Counted from the stretch's first letter, positions 12,101 through 25,825 are shown. The stretch is DNA of 64,000 bases from Oikopleura dioica (GCA_907165135.1 OU015568.1:14953208-15017207); one strand, 5' to 3'. The notes: generated by a model from the sequence alone, not told the origin. Translations and numbers: made by a program.

Positions 12101-14436
12101 TTTTCAACTCATAATAAGAGAAATAAAAAGACTCGGTCCTATCGAAACCAGCCTCTATCTTTTCGGCCCCGAGGTTCAAGAATGCATGAGTCCAGATTTC
12201 GACCGCGACCGGCCAAGTCACATGATCAGACGACCGGTTACATCTGGTCACCTGAACAGAATAGCATCGCGCTATGGCTTGGCGAGCGCAAAAACTAGCA
12301 GAAAACAAACACCCTTTTCTTACCCACTTCTTGAATCAAGGAAGAAACAAAGATTTGACTCAGATACAATTGAAAATCCAAACAAGAAATTTACATTTTC
12401 TGAGATAAAAATAAGCCACCATCTTTTGCCGGACGACCTTTTACGTCGTTTCAATGCGGAATTGTTCTGTCTGATCCTTCAAAATTTATAAAAGAACTCC
12501 CATCAGAGGATGCCTCGGAAATTGACCAAATAACAGTTCTGAACTCTGATTTCCCTGAAAATGAAAATGAAGCAAACGAAGGGGAGAAAGAAAAGTCCGA
12601 AAATACCGAAAATCCCATTGAATCCGAAGATCCAGCTGATGCTGGAATCGACCAGGAAGTTGATGAAGATGAAAATAACGATGATAAATTAAGTGTTTCT
12701 TCTATGTCCACAACCCGGGAAAATGCGGCAGAAGTAGAAATTGAGCGACCTGCTGAGCCTCAACCACCTGTTGTCACTGAAGCGCCAAAAGAAAGCCCAC
12801 CAAAGGAGTTTTCTCCACCACCGGTCGAAGAACCAGGCAAGGGTTTTTTTTGAATGAACATGGAAACAGACAATCAAGTTGATGGCCATCAACCGCAATA
12901 AAAAACCCAAAAAGCTCCTATCAAGCGCGTTTCCATCGCCCAGCCAGTTCTATCAGAGCGCCCTCAGGTTCTCGAGCGACCGCAGTTTTCCGAAGCTAAG
13001 TCAAAATGGGACTCTTCAAGATTCGTTCGATCCCTGGATTTTCGTTCACGAGAATATCCAACTCGAGTCTCTTATCACAGAATGGTCGCTCAAAAGCAAA
13101 AGGAGCTGTCAAAGCAGTGTCACGAGAAGAAATGCCAAAAGTAAAGAGATTATGCAAAAAAGCTATGAAGATAACATTTTAGGGAAATGTGCTACGTTTG
13201 CACCCAGCGAGCAGAACGTAACGTGCCCGTGTACACGCGCAAATTGGAGGAAGAGGAGGATAAAAAGATGGCAAAGATCTTGCTCGATGCGGAGCAGAAA
13301 TTGGCAGAGGAGTCTATTCGGCTGGACAAAGTCAAAATGTAAAAAATCTTATTTCTATCAGCTTCTCAACTTTCCTTTCTAGGCAAGAGCAGAGGCAAAT
13401 CAACAAAGAATACTCGTCATACAATTTCGAAGAGGGACAGTTTGTCAACGAAAAGCGAAAGATCGAAAACCAACATCCACTTCCTCATGTAAGCAAAAAC
13501 CTAAAAGCCCTCTCGAACATATTCTAGGCGAGTTATGTGATGCGAGAACGACCTCTCACGCCACACAAATCAGTCGGCCACAAGCTCGTCGCTGGAGAAC
13601 TAACCGGTCAGATTAACTTGAGGGAATCAAGGAAGAACAAAACACAGAAAGACAAGAAACTGATCGAAAAAGTCTACCAACTGCAACTTGCTGAAGAGTA
13701 AGCTAGAAATTCCCGTCAACACAAAATAATTTCCCATAGAATCGCAAGAGAAAGAGAAGAATTCTGGCGAGAAAAGCAGGAAAACAAAAACAAGCTTCAT
13801 GCAACTTATCAATATCAAATTTCAACGAGAGAGCCACAACTTCCAAGAGCTTATTCTGATGGCAAAGTCTTTGGAAAACATGATCTCAACAAAGAAAAAC
13901 TCGAGAAAATCAAAGAAAGAAACCGTCTTTTCGCAAGTGATAATTTCAATATTCATCAAGTAAGTTGCTCCTTTTCAAATTGTCTTCTACTTTAATTCTA
14001 GCGTCATATGACCGCGCGAAAAGCATCTATTGATAGAAGCCGTCAAGCTGAAATTATGATGCTCAAAAGAACCAAGACTGAGTAAGAAAGTCAACCGAAA
14101 GAAAATTTTCTTATCGACTCCTTTTAGTCTTGAAAATGACACCCTTAGACGAGGAAAGCACAAAGTCAGCATCAGAAAAGATCTCGAAAATAATTGGGCC
14201 GATTTGCATATGCAAAAGAGGGAGCGCGAGTTTGAAGAGAAAGTTGGAATTCCTGAAAAGATTACTGTTACCGAGCAGCTCGACCATTACAGGTACTAGA
14301 CTAAAATAAGAATGCTCGTTATCAAAATATTTTCAGACGCTGTGGTCAGTGCAAAAGAGCACCTAACCAACGAGCTGGGCAAACAAACATCTGGAAAGAG
14401 TCCTACTACGTCCCAGGCTCAAGAATCGTCGTCTAG
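9150..14436 (+). CDS. CCDC81: CCDC81 (two HU-like domains, low-complexity middle, coiled-coil C-terminus); exact start uncertain
   Basis: N-terminal DVERVWAAFCEHILKQL..GVKVKNLG..LDVGRRNLSITKPTFIL..PVNFAEI..RDIAE and C-terminal RCGQCKR..GQTNIWKESYYVPGSRIVV both match remembered CCDC81 ends. Confidence 0.7.
9451..9467 (+). repeat. Short interstitial (TTAGGG)n tract
   Basis: GTTAGGGTTAGGGTTAG. Confidence 0.7.
11008..11059 (+). repeat. Degenerate interstitial (TTAGGG)n tract
   Basis: GGGTCAGGGCTAGGGTTATAGTTAGGGTCGAGGTTAGGGTTAGGATTAGGGG. Confidence 0.65.
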
Positions 14437-14757
14437 GCGCGATTTTCTAGTGCTGATGATATTTTATATTCTCTTATGCGAAATTTTCTTCACAACAACT
14501 AAATTTGTATTATTCCAAACCTAACTTTTATACATAAAACAGTATATTTTTCCAATAAAACGACAAAAGTGTGTGCATTTTCTTTTTATTTTATTGAGCA
14601 TTTATGAACTTTTTTGAATAGAAACATTAGGGACCTCGGCTCCTTGATTTTGGTCTTGAAATAATTGAAGGAGAAAAGTCTTAATGCTTTCTGTAAAGAA
14701 TTGACCATGATGGGCATATGAAAATTATGGGCAAAGTATTTTGTGTTCTGAAGCGAT

Positions 14758-15198
14758 TTATGCTAGATTTTTCGGGTCTTCCTTCCAATCACCCAGCTTC
14801 GGGTTTTGGCTTACGGTTCCAATCGTGCAGGTTCCCATGAAGTCATGGATACCCGCGCCAGCTGGGTGATATCCTTTTTCTGGGCGATTCTTGGGGTGCG
14901 GAAGAGGAGTCCAGGAGCCTAAGTCGACGGTTTGAAGATTGTCGAAGCCGTCTTTGCCCATTCCGGTGGTGCGCTCGCGATCCCATGCGGGAACGTCTCC
15001 GGCAAATTTAGGCCCCTCTGAATAAAAACCGTGAGTATTCTATAAAACCATTGCTTATTTTACCGTCGGCGACTTCGTTTTTCTTTTGAATTTCTGATAG
15101 AGAAAAGTTCCAGCGCAGAGACTTGCGAGAACGAAGAGAATTAGACCAATTTGTGCAGTTGGACCGAGACCTCCTTTCGTGGCGTCACAAGTTGCCAT
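14758..15198 (-). CDS. Small single-pass membrane protein, unknown function
   Basis: MATCDATKGGLGPTAQIGLILFVLASLCAGTFLYQKFKRK; one short intron; joins ORF 14758-14961. Confidence 0.6.
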
Positions 15199-15667
15199 GT
15201 CCTTAATTGCATGGATTAACAAAATTAATCTTACAAGAACATGTAAATGTTAAAAGGGCTAAGAGGTTATTTTTATAAAATTATATTTTGGGACAAAACA
15301 CCGCTAAAAGTAGAGTGAACGAAATTATAGACAGAGAAACGTTGACGTATATATGCAAAAATTTGCACAACGAGCAACAATGCCTCTAAAATTAAGGGTG
15401 TCTCTCCTGTACAAAAGAGAATTACCATATTTCATAAAAGAAAAACAAATTTTTAAGAAGCAGAATTTTCAGCGGCTATCAATTCTAAAATTAACAAAAA
15501 AATTCTGAAAAGCGATCAGTTCTTTATATTGTGTAATCATTATTTCATCATGAAATTGAATAGAATGTATTCTATAAATATATCAAGCTATCAAAATGGC
15601 AAAAAAGATACACAATCTTGTACGTGCTACATCATTTAGCCCCTCTCTTATCCTCCCTTTTAGTATG

Positions 15668-16107
15668 TCAAAACATAACACTTACCAATTCTGTGTCCCA
15701 TCCACCAGTTTGGCACGTGATAACATCTGGCGTTGCATATGCAGCAGTACAGATAATCTTGCACGTTGTTCCCGGTACGATTCCTGAAGCGTCTGCTATT
15801 CCAGTACAGATGATGTCTCCATCTGTCGGCGCAAAGAACAAATCGCCATTGCAAGGAGCCTGCTTCATCTCTTCTTTGTTATTCTCTTTTTATAAAAAAC
15901 GGTTTCTGGGCTTTGTGGATCTATCAGACGAGCGCTAGAAAAATGGGTGACGAGCAGTGCGAATGGTTTCCTGCCGCGGGCGCTTTTCGAGAGATACCGT
16001 ATCCTATCATTCGTCCATTTCTCCACAATTCTAGCGTGGTCCAATCCGTGGGGATATAGTACAATTTTGTACATGTAAGCACACTTTCCATAATCGCTAA
16101 ATATCAC
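15668..16107 (-). CDS. Small gene or terminal exons with a Sushi/CCP-like Cys domain
   Basis: C..P.DG.I.C......GTTC.I.C..AY..PDVITCQTGGW pattern; linkage to upstream exons unresolved. Confidence 0.4.
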
Positions 16108-16430
16108 TACAATATTGTACTCAACGTAGCTCAGATCCTTATCAGCTTCGGAGTACAGACGTACTTAGATAAAAATGACATGACCTGTTTATTTTTAAAT
16201 TTATTTCAGGCGAATTTGCGTGAAAATTTTTCAATTTTTTCATTCAAATTTATTTTCAATGTTTTTTTCTGATAAAAATGCTTTATGAATCATAAATGAC
16301 TATTATTTTTTCCAAGTTTTTTTATTGTAGAATTTCATTAATATGAAAGGTAGGTCTCACATAAATTATTAAAAATAATAATTTATATATTGGTTGTAGT
16401 TATCGTTGTCGTTGTTGTTGTTTCTGTTGG

Positions 16431-18329
16431 CTAAAAATGAAATGATTTGAAAGTTATAATTTGTAAGAGTCTTACAAATGTTTGGTAGAAGAAGTTGCGA
16501 ACGTGATAGTTAGTAACTATTGGGCCTCCAACGTACGCATAAAGTTCTCCAGACGTTTTTGTATCACTTTGGTCATATGTGCCTACGTGTTGTTGAACAC
16601 CATCGATCGAAACAATATACTGCAATCTTGAGCTAGCGTCGATTTGTCGGACTTCCACTGAGAAGGTATTCCACTCGCCTTGCGTGCACGTTGTTGGATA
16701 GAATCTATACTGATACCAAGTTCTATATGGATCAGTAACGCTGAAGTAGTACTGATTGTCGAGTGGCATGCGCCAGAGGCCAAAAGTGCGGTCGCCAACA
16801 ACTTGGTTGTTTCCACCTGCAGTGACTCGGAAGATAAGGCTCCATTTTTCGGCAATTGACGCGTTGATGTCATTAGACTTGTCACAGAGAACGTCAGCAG
16901 AGAATTTGTAGTTAACTGTTGCGGAGAGAGTTGCAAGAAGATTATTCTGCGAAGGGGCAATGGCGCAGCCATCGACGATAGACACGCAGCTTTCAAGTCC
17001 AGCACATGGATTAGTTGCACAGAGAGGCGTGTCCTCAAATCTTTGAAAGTAGAAATTTCGAACACTGTACGACGATCCACTCGGCCACCAGGGGTCGGAA
17101 ACCCAGGCAGAAAGCTCACCAGTTGTCTTGGCGTCACTTATGTCATATGTGCCGTCAATGATCCCTACACCATCAACGCGTACAGAATAATGAAGATTTG
17201 ATGGCGAATCAACAACTTGGCGAACCTCTACAGAGTAATTATTCCAGGATCCGTCAGTGCACTCAAACTCTTTTTCCTGAGTGTGATGAGAAGCTCCAGC
17301 TAAATTGATGCCGTTTGGGTCATTGACGCCGATAATGAGATTTTTATATGGAGCCCAGCGAGTTCTATATATGGCGAATGTTCTATCGCCGGCTGAGCCG
17401 TAATCATTTCCGCCGGAAACATGAAGAATTTGCTTCCACTGACCATCCTTCGGCATGCTATGATCGCAGAAAACGTCAGCGGAAACTTTGTAGTTGATGG
17501 CAGCAGAGACTTTAGCTACTTGAGTATTTTTCACCGGGCTTACGGGGCATCCGTTAACGAAGATCTCGCAGCTTTCATGTCCAGCGCATGGGTCGACATC
17601 GCAAAGAGTTTTATCATGAATCTGTCCATTCTGGCATATTGCGTAGAACTTGTTATTACAGTCTTTGGGTCCATCTCTCCAACCGTAGCCTCGATCGATC
17701 CCGAATAACTCTTGAGCATAGCATTCGCCTTCAGTCTTTCGCCAAGAATCAAACCAAACGTTGCTCCCGATTGTTATACCTTTTATAAGACCAGCAGCTT
17801 CATCATAGTCCTTAGGATTAGCGAGCCACATATTTTTGACAAAACAGTAAGCTCGTGCTTGATCGTAAGTCATTTTGTTTTTTGAAACGTGGTAGGAAAC
17901 ATCTTGATCTTGGTTGATTTTTCTCCTGGAAATCTTGAACAGTGCTTGAATTGATTGTAAAATTTTCATGTAGGCTTCACCGCTAGAATCTTCCACACAC
18001 GCGTATGATGTTGTCCAACGATCCAGCAAATCCGCAAAAGCATACACATTTTCTCCTACGCTGGCTGTCTTGTCAAAAACAGCATCGAAGGTCACTGCCT
18101 TGTATGTCGGAGAAGTAATCGTCGACTCACATAATCCGTCGCTTTGATAAAACTTCAAAACATTTTTGATTTCTTCGTAATGTCTCCAAAACAGTTTAAA
18201 ATTTCCGGGGCGTTTTCTTGTGAAAGAGAAGCGAATTCGGTAAGCAAAAAGATTACTCTCTCTCCAAAAATCAAGAAAGTCCGCTTGAATCAAGCTGCCA
18301 AATAATGGCAGAAAAAGGTAAATTTTCAT
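16431..18329 (-). CDS. Secreted mosaic: C-type lectin, then two EGF-like plus ConA/LamG-like repeats
   Basis: Signal peptide MKIYLFLPLFGSLIQA; CTLD (TYDQARAYC...W...DCNNKFYAIC); repeated unit LC..(D/N)PCAG.ESC...GC / V(S/K)ADV.CD..W..I..V..G....GDRTF..(Y/W)R. The ORF probably exits by a GTAAG donor near 16470. Confidence 0.7.
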   Translation of the reverse strand: MKIYLFLPLFGSLIQADFLDFWRESNLFAYRIRFSFTRKRPGNFKLFWRHYEEIKNVLKFYQSDGLCESTITSPTYKAVTFDAVFDKTASVGENVYAFADLLDRWTTSYACVEDSSGEAYMKILQSIQALFKISRRKINQDQDVSYHVSKNKMTYDQARAYCFVKNMWLANPKDYDEAAGLIKGITIGSNVWFDSWRKTEGECYAQELFGIDRGYGWRDGPKDCNNKFYAICQNGQIHDKTLCDVDPCAGHESCEIFVNGCPVSPVKNTQVAKVSAAINYKVSADVFCDHSMPKDGQWKQILHVSGGNDYGSAGDRTFAIYRTRWAPYKNLIIGVNDPNGINLAGASHHTQEKEFECTDGSWNNYSVEVRQVVDSPSNLHYSVRVDGVGIIDGTYDISDAKTTGELSAWVSDPWWPSGSSYSVRNFYFQRFEDTPLCATNPCAGLESCVSIVDGCAIAPSQNNLLATLSATVNYKFSADVLCDKSNDINASIAEKWSLIFRVTAGGNNQVVGDRTFGLWRMPLDNQYYFSVTDPYRTWYQYRFYPTTCTQGEWNTFSVEVRQIDASSRLQYIVSIDGVQQHVGTYDQSDTKTSGELYAYVGGPIVTNYHVRNFFYQTFVRLLQIITFKSFHF

Positions 18330-18685
18330 TGCCTTGTTCCCTCTATAAGTAAACTCAGTTGCTTCATTGCTCTTATATAGCAAAGATTTAATCCTTACTT
18401 CTAAAGTTCGCTTCATATTCTCAATCCTTTGAGCGCCTTATTTTCTTATAAGATTCAGATCAAATCATTTAAGAATGTAATTTGATGATCTTGAATGTAC
18501 ACGGGTCTAACTAGAACAAAGGGTTAAAGTGCAAACAGTCAGCTTTTCGGAAAAAAAGAATCTTCCGCCCTCGTAAAGTCTAAAGCTTTTATGATCCCTC
18601 CAATCAAGCATAAACAAAAGATAAACGTTCAGCTGAGCGAAAAACCGGCATCTCAGGCTGAAAAGATAAAAGTTAAAATTTTCAA

Positions 18686-19819
18686 ATGAAAAGTGGCCGC
18701 TCTTATAATTGTCGAATATTTTTTCTTGTTGCTTTGATACTTTTGCTGACGCAGTTGACGAGAAATGAAGTTATTTTCAAAGCGCTGGTAGAGCATGAAT
18801 TGAAGAAAGAAAGTAACTATGAAAATTATAAGGAGCAGTTGCTGAAACAAAATTCATTTGACAAAAAATCAGAAATAAAACTAGAAGAGAAAGTGGTGAA
18901 AAAGAAAGAAGAACCCAAAATCCTCAAGGAAATTATTCCAATAATTGACGGAACTCACGTGAACCAGCTCCCTCGTTTTTGGCAAAAAGATCGACCTTGG
19001 ACAGTCGGATTTAGCGGGCCAAGATGTAAAGGCTCTGAGTTTCTCGTTCTCATCAATTCAGCACCAGGAAATTTCAATTTTCGTCAAGTTCACCGCCAGT
19101 ATTTGAGGAGAATGATGAAGAGATTCAGCATGGAGTATAAATTTCTCATCGGAGAAGCAATTCTTGAGAAGGAATATGATAACAACAAAGACATGGTTTT
19201 TGGAAATCTCCAGGATTCTTACGTAAGTTCGAGCTTCATTGACGACCTTAATTTTTCCTCTTCAGAAAAATCTTCCTTTGAAGACCAAAGTTGCTTATGA
19301 ATACCTTGCATCCTGCCATTCGCCTCCTAAATACTTCCTTCTCATCGACGACGACACTTGGTTCGCAGTAGAACCTATTCGGAAAACTCTACAAGATTCA
19401 AAAGCACTAAATCAAATCTACGGGAACATGCGGCGAGGATCTCCAAGAGGGCCCTGGTCAGAGAAGACGAAGTTAGTCGTGAACACGACGATTTGGGAGC
19501 CAGATAAATGGCCAACATGGGTTGATGGCCCATGCACGTTTATGAGGGGTGACGCTGCTATGAAAATTGCCAAAACTGCAAGGTATAAAAATCCATTGAC
19601 ATTTCCTTCCGAATAAGGTAATTCAGCAAAACAAACTGGCTGGAAGCAATCCCGGTCGAAGACGTTTTCTTCAGCGGAATCGTAAGACTGAAGGCCAAAC
19701 TCAAAGAACCACTGACGAAGGCTAAATTCAATCCTGAAAGAATTCACTGCCGCCACTTGAAAAACAACTTGCCCCAGCTCAAAAAATTGATGAATTACAA
19801 GCCTGTTCCTAGTACCTAA
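18686..19819 (+). CDS. GT31 family beta-1,3-glycosyltransferase (type II Golgi)
   Basis: N-terminal TM; LINSAPGNFNFRQ, QDSY.NLPLKT, DxD motif IDDDTW, and EDVFFSG. Confidence 0.85.
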
Positions 19820-20329
19820 CAATAAACAAATGCTCGAAAGTTTTATAAGAAAATTTATTATAATTCGCACGCTAGTGACATTTAGCGATTAGTGTCGTTA
19901 GTGACTACAACTACTGATGAATAGAATAAGGAATTTCTGCTTCAAAACATGTTTTTTCGATGATTTGAAGATGTATATTTTTTACAGCTTAGTACGCACA
20001 GTTTGTATTTTTACTTTGATTAGCTGATACCAGTTACTGTGGGCTACAATGAATTGCGGGGCCAAAACAACGAATGGCCGAATAAATAAGAGTTTCAGTT
20101 TTTTTTCCTCAGACACAAAACAGGCAAAATTTTTAGTAGTTGGATTTTTAGAAAGGTTTTTTTGTTGAACGTAAGGGAAGAGAGGGAGGTTTGTGCATGT
20201 AGGTGCATTATTTTAATAAATTATTGAACAACAGGAACGGAGGTGAGAAAAGGGAACACACAAGCTTTAAGGACAACAGTTTTTCTTTGTGAAAGGAATC
20301 AGTACTTTGTAAGTGATAGAATAGGTGGC

Positions 20330-23300
20330 TTATTTGTACAATCGACCCTTGGCACCCTTTCGGAAAGCGTCGTTCATGAACTTGTCCTGCTCGATCTTGT
20401 GAACCTGAAACGCAAAATAGCTTTTGCAAATTTGGCTGAAATCTTACTTGTTTGGAACCAGCAGCGGCGGAGGCGGCGGAGTCTCGGCCAGCGTAGTGGA
20501 CTCGGCGGGACCAGTTGGATGCAGTTCGCAGTCTAGGCTTGCAGAAGTCGTAGAAACCCATGTTCTTGTGCTCTTCCTGGACCCAGTAGACTTCAGCGTT
20601 CTTGTATTTCTCGAGCTCGGGAATGACGAGATCGTATGGGAATGGAGCGACCTATTAGAACAAGTAGCTATTGATTTATCAAAGCTAGAAATACCTGTTC
20701 AACTCGAGCAATAGCGATGTCGTTTTCGAAGCCTCGGGCAGCTCGCTCCTTGACGAGATCGTAGTAGACCTTTCCAGAGCAGAACATCAGTCGCTTGACG
20801 TTATCTGGGTTCTGAATGGCATTGAGTTAAATTACGAATTAAGGGTATTATTTTACCTTGGAGGCAGCACCTTCTTCACCGATGAGTCGTCTGTACTGTG
20901 TGCCAGGGCCCATTTCTGACCATTCAGATCGAGCTTCTGGAAGTCGAAGAAGAGATTTGGGAGTCATGAGAATGAGCGGCTTTCGGAATGGAAGAGCGAT
21001 CTGTCGTCGATGGACGTGCATGACGTTGGCTAGAATTTTATTGAAGAAAGATTTTATTGGGAAGCTTTACCTGGAGTAGTTGGGTTGCAAATAATCCAGT
21101 TGGCGTCGTAAAGCTGCTTGATGCCGAAGTCAGCTTCCTTCCAGTCGCTGGGGAAAAGATCGGGATCGTCGTTCTGCATTTGCAAGAATCGTTCGATTCG
21201 GCAAGAGGAGTGCTCGGGTCCCATACCTTGTGAAATTGTTTCAAAACGGTTTAAAATGCTATTACTAACCTTCGTAACCGTGAGGAAGCTGCATGGTAAG
21301 ACCACACTGTCGGACCCACTTGGTCTGTCCAGATGAAAGGAACTGATCGATGATGCACTGAGCAGTGTTGGCGAAATCACCGAACTGGGCCTCCCAGATA
21401 ACGTGAGAGTTAGGGTTGACCATTGAGTAGCCGAGCTCGAATCCAAGAACACCGTACTCAGAGAGTGCAGAGTTGCAGACGGTATATTTGCCCTAGTTTA
21501 TCTACTAGAAATGTAGAGTATAGATTGCGGTTTACCTGGTCCTCGGAGAGGTTGGACATCGGAAGGTAGATTCCCTTATCTTTCTTCTGGCAATGAAGAA
21601 CGTGATGTCTATGAGAGAAGGTTCCTCGCTCAACATCTTGGCCAGAGAGTCGGACATGGTTTCCATCCATAAGAAGAGAGCCGTAACCGAAAGACTCGCC
21701 CATTGCCCAGTCAGCAGTCTTAGTGCTGGCAAGGCCGGCTCGTCCCTTCAAGACTCGCTTGAGACCGCCGTGAAGGGTGATATCTGCTGGTGGGACAGAG
21801 ATGGCGTCGGAAATGCGCTGAAGAGTCTCCATTGGAACACCAGTATCGGGAAGCTTCTCGGCAACCCAGGTTCCCTGGTCGTCCTTGAAGAATCCCTTCC
21901 ATGGGGAGTCGAGCCAGTGTCGGAACTCGAGTTTAGTTTCCGTCTTGGCTTTGGCGAGAGCATCTTCGCAGATCTTCTCATACTGAGCGATGAGCTCCTG
22001 AATGTCTCCATCGTCGACGACGCCTTGTTCCTTGAGGGAGTCGCCGTACTTGTCGAGGACGTTCTTGTGCTTCTTGATGGCCTGGTACATTCGTGGCTGG
22101 GTGAACATGGGCTCGTCGATTTCGTTGTGACCGTGTCGTCGGTAACCGATCAAATCAATGACAACGTCGGTATTGAAGGTCTGTCGGAATTCAGCGGCGA
22201 CCTTGGAGACGTAGACAACGGCATCGGGATCGTCAGCGTTGACGTGGAAGATAGGGGCATTGACGACTCGGCCAACGTCGGTACAGTAAGGAGAGGCTCG
22301 GGAGTGTCGAGGATCAGTGGTGAAACCGATCTGGTTGTTGCACACGAGATGGATGGCACCACCGACGGAATAGAAAGGAAGATGGCTCAAGTGAAGAGTC
22401 TCGTAGACGACACCCTGTCCAGCGAAAGCAGCGTCACCGTGGAGAAGCATTGGAATGACAGTTTTACCCTAGTAAGGAATAAGATATTGAATGAGTATTT
22501 TTATAAATTACCTCGTCATCATTTCTGTAGAACTGTTCGGCCTTGCACTTGCCAACAACAATGGGATCGACTGCTTCAAGATGTGATGGGTTGGCACAGA
22601 GCGAGACGTTGATGAGTTCCTTGGAAGCGTGGTTGATAGTTTCGTGGGACATACCTAAACTCAAGTTAGCGGGTTTAATAAGTGCGTTAGAGCTTATTCA
22701 TTGCTATTTCGCAAATTGCAATCATGATCAGGTCAATACGAGCATTAGAGCAGTTCGTGCGTAAGCAGAGCGTAAAATCTTCTTGAACATAAGTCTGCAA
22801 CATATGTCCAAGATGATAAGCGAGCGATAAGCGTGAGAAATGTGCCAAAAAAGGAGATTGATAAGAATGATGATGATCAAGTTCCGGTTGGAAATTGACT
22901 CACCGGGAATGTTCACCGAGTGACAGAAAACACCAAAAATCATGATGCAATTTTAGAACACCCGTCCCAGTAAATCCCTTTCACAACAGCCAGACTAGGT
23001 AGCGTTCTATCTATCTACAGAACTGGTAGTGAAAGGTATCTACAAATACGTCACCAGTTATATCTGGTAAATATTCACCGATCATTTCTGTCATTTACCC
23101 TCTTCAGAGTTTATTTCTTGTTCGACTGATGCTCCTATTTAAATGGAAAAGGTGAATTAAGCGTTTTTTCTCCATGCATGATGATTCGTTAGACGAAGAA
23201 AATATTGGAAGAACTTACCGAGATGATATTTGACGTCGCCAGACTGGCCGACGTCGGTGGGTTCGAGCTTGGGGTCGAATTGGCAGAAGATCTGGTCGAG

Positions 23301-24405
23301 ATCTTTTCGGATAATGTTAGCCAGAACATTGAGACGGCCTCGATGGGGCATTCCCATGACGTACGATCGTCCGCCGAGTTGAGTAAGAGTGTCGATCAAA
23401 GTCTTCATGCAAGGAATGATCATTTCGAGACCTTCAAGACCGAATCGCTTTTCAGAAACCCACTTCTTTGCCAAAAACTCTTCGAATTTCGTCGATCGGA
23501 CGAGTCGCTCAAGAGTGAGCTTCTGTTCTTCTGGAGTGATTCTTCGTGCTTCGGGGTTTTCGAACTTTCGTCGGATCCATTCTTTCTGGTCCTGGCTGGT
23601 GATGTGCATGAATTCGACACCGATGGACCCGCAGTAAGCAGCTTCCAAGCGGTTTTTAATTTCGCTGAGAGGGAGGGAAGTTTCGCCTTCTCTGAAAAGA
23701 AACACTTGAGATATCAATAAAAGGTAATTTGCTTACCGTCCAACGTGACACTTTTCTGGAAGGTTGAAAACTTTATCGTCAGCTCCGGCCAAGATGTCAG
23801 GGACGGTAAGTCGAGCAGCATCTTCGGCTTCAGTGATGGCAAAAGACTTTGGACCCTCGCTGATTCCGAGAGGGTCGAGGTTGGCCTTGAAGTGACCTCT
23901 GACTTGGTAGGCTCGGATGAGGTTTTCAAGGGCGATGTACTGTTCCACATTTTTGCTGATGTCGCCAGAGGATTCGGCGGCGCCTCCGACGGATCCTTCG
24001 ATTTTGTAAACAGCTCCGGTGGTGATGGAAGGGGGCGCCTGTCAGTGGGTTAGATTCTAACCGTTAGAACTTTAGAAATGCAGTAGAATTCAAGGAAGAG
24101 TACAAAAGAAAAGAAAAATATCAACCCATTCCTGATAGGCAGCGCCGAGAGGAGCACCCTTTTGAACCTGTTTGAAGTAAGCGTTCCAGCTTGGGTGAAC
24201 TGAGTTGGGGTCTTCCATCCAGGTCAAGTACATTTCTTCGATGTATCCAGCGCTAGTTCCATTAGCGAAGGACTCGGACTAGAAAAAATCGATCATAAGA
24301 CTGAAAGAAAGTAATCATATGTACCTTTGAAGCGACGGAGGCAGCGACATTTGTATTCGACCGGGTCAACTGCCGTATCACTTTCCCCGCTTTCCCCTTC
24401 ATCAT
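20330..24405 (-). CDS. OGDH: 2-oxoglutarate dehydrogenase E1, mitochondrial, multi-exon
   Basis: [33 protein letters not shown], ThDP motif [33 protein letters not shown] and QEEHKNMG. Confidence 0.97.
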
Positions 24406-25037
24406 TCTAAAAACAATTTTCGTAAATTTCAAATTTCGGCGGAAAATTCTTATGAGAATAGCACATATGTGTCTGTCTGACGCAAGAATTCGTGAGTCAT
24501 TTGCGCTCTCGTAAAACTGGTCTGTTACTATTTGATCGTGAAAATTCTAGTAAACAAACCCGCTGACCCGCTAAATGAAGAATAAGTTGAATTTTATTAA
24601 AAATGCACCGGTGAATTGAACACTCATGAGTGGATACAGAAATATAAGAAACTGCTCATTAGGTTGATTTCTCTAGGGAAAAAAATGATCTTTGAAAAAG
24701 AATTAGTGGCTAGAAAGATACGTAAAGGAACTGGGATCACCCGCAGGTGATAAGGCGCGATTCTTATCAGAACAAGGGATAAGGATGAAAGCAAGACTCA
24801 AACAGTTGAAAATATTAAAAGTAACTTTTATGGTTTCTGGTTAAAATTGGTTATTTCGAGCTACGTATTAGCGTTGATTACCTTTACTTGTCGATAAAAA
24901 AATAGGATGAGCACAAAAAAGAGCGATCAGCCGCTGCGTCCCTTTCTCTGATTGGGCAAAGTGACGCATTCAATCAACAAAAAATCACTGTTGATGTTCT
25001 AGAATCTACGATTACGTTACTAATGCTAGCTTAAAGT

Positions 25038-25825
25038 TTAGGTGATAGTAAGGTTGAGCGATTTGAGGAATGATTTGGGCAAGGAGCGAGTTGAACGGAC
25101 GTTGCGGAAAGTGAATGAAATTCGCGTTTGTCGGGGGAGAATGAAGTTGTCATTTTCAGGAGGGCAGGAGAGGCAGGAGAAGTTGGAGACGGAAGAGATG
25201 TCGTCGGATAGGTTTTCTTCGATTTCATGGAGCTCGTTGTAGAGACGCCCGTGGAGGATGCTCAGTGCGCCAGGTTCAAGATAAACTAGACGCAATTGAA
25301 TAGCTGCAGAAAATAGCGCCTTTGAAGGGAAAGAAAGAAACAAAAACTTACCAGAATACAGTAGCTCCTTGTTTTGCTTCTTTCTTATATTCAAAATCTG
25401 TCCAGATCCGGTCGAAATCGTCGCGACCACAGAAGAATAAGCCGGTCCATCGGTATGCGCCATGATTCCCTGCCCCGGTAAATATTCGTTGATAAGAACA
25501 TGGTTCATTTCTTCCACTATTTCTATTTGAAACTTCTTTCTTTGACCTTCAAGTTGAAGAAAATCTTCGATTTTCGACTTAACTTTTTGAAGATATTCGG
25601 GAAAGGGCGTTCTGATCATCGGCCTGCCATCGTCAGGAACTGTCCCACCTCAGAAGTGGATTCATGAAGTTGAACTTGATGATGCTCCTGGTTACCGATT
25701 TTTTGAAGCCTTCGGTTTGCCAATTTTGTCCAGCGGCCTTTTGAAGCTTTTTGAAAGAGGTCTTTTTCTTCTTCAGAAGGTAGGAAATTCGGGATGTAGG
25801 AGAAACCTGGCACAGACCACTCCAT
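25038..25825 (-). CDS. ALKBH6: AlkB homolog 6-like Fe(II)/2OG dioxygenase
   Basis: YIPNFLPSEEE, WTKLANRRLQKIGG, NHVLINEYLPGQGIMAHTDGP, YLEPGAL and RISFTFR. A 47-nt GT-AG intron restores the frame. Confidence 0.9.

Noticed and set aside
22652-23219. snoRNA or alternative exon in the long OGDH intron
   Set aside because: No sense-strand C/D or H/ACA box pair and no duplicated exon could be identified by eye.
21593-23720. Long plus-strand ORFs (339 aa, 171 aa) opposite OGDH
   Set aside because: Antisense shadows of a strongly codon-biased, highly conserved gene.
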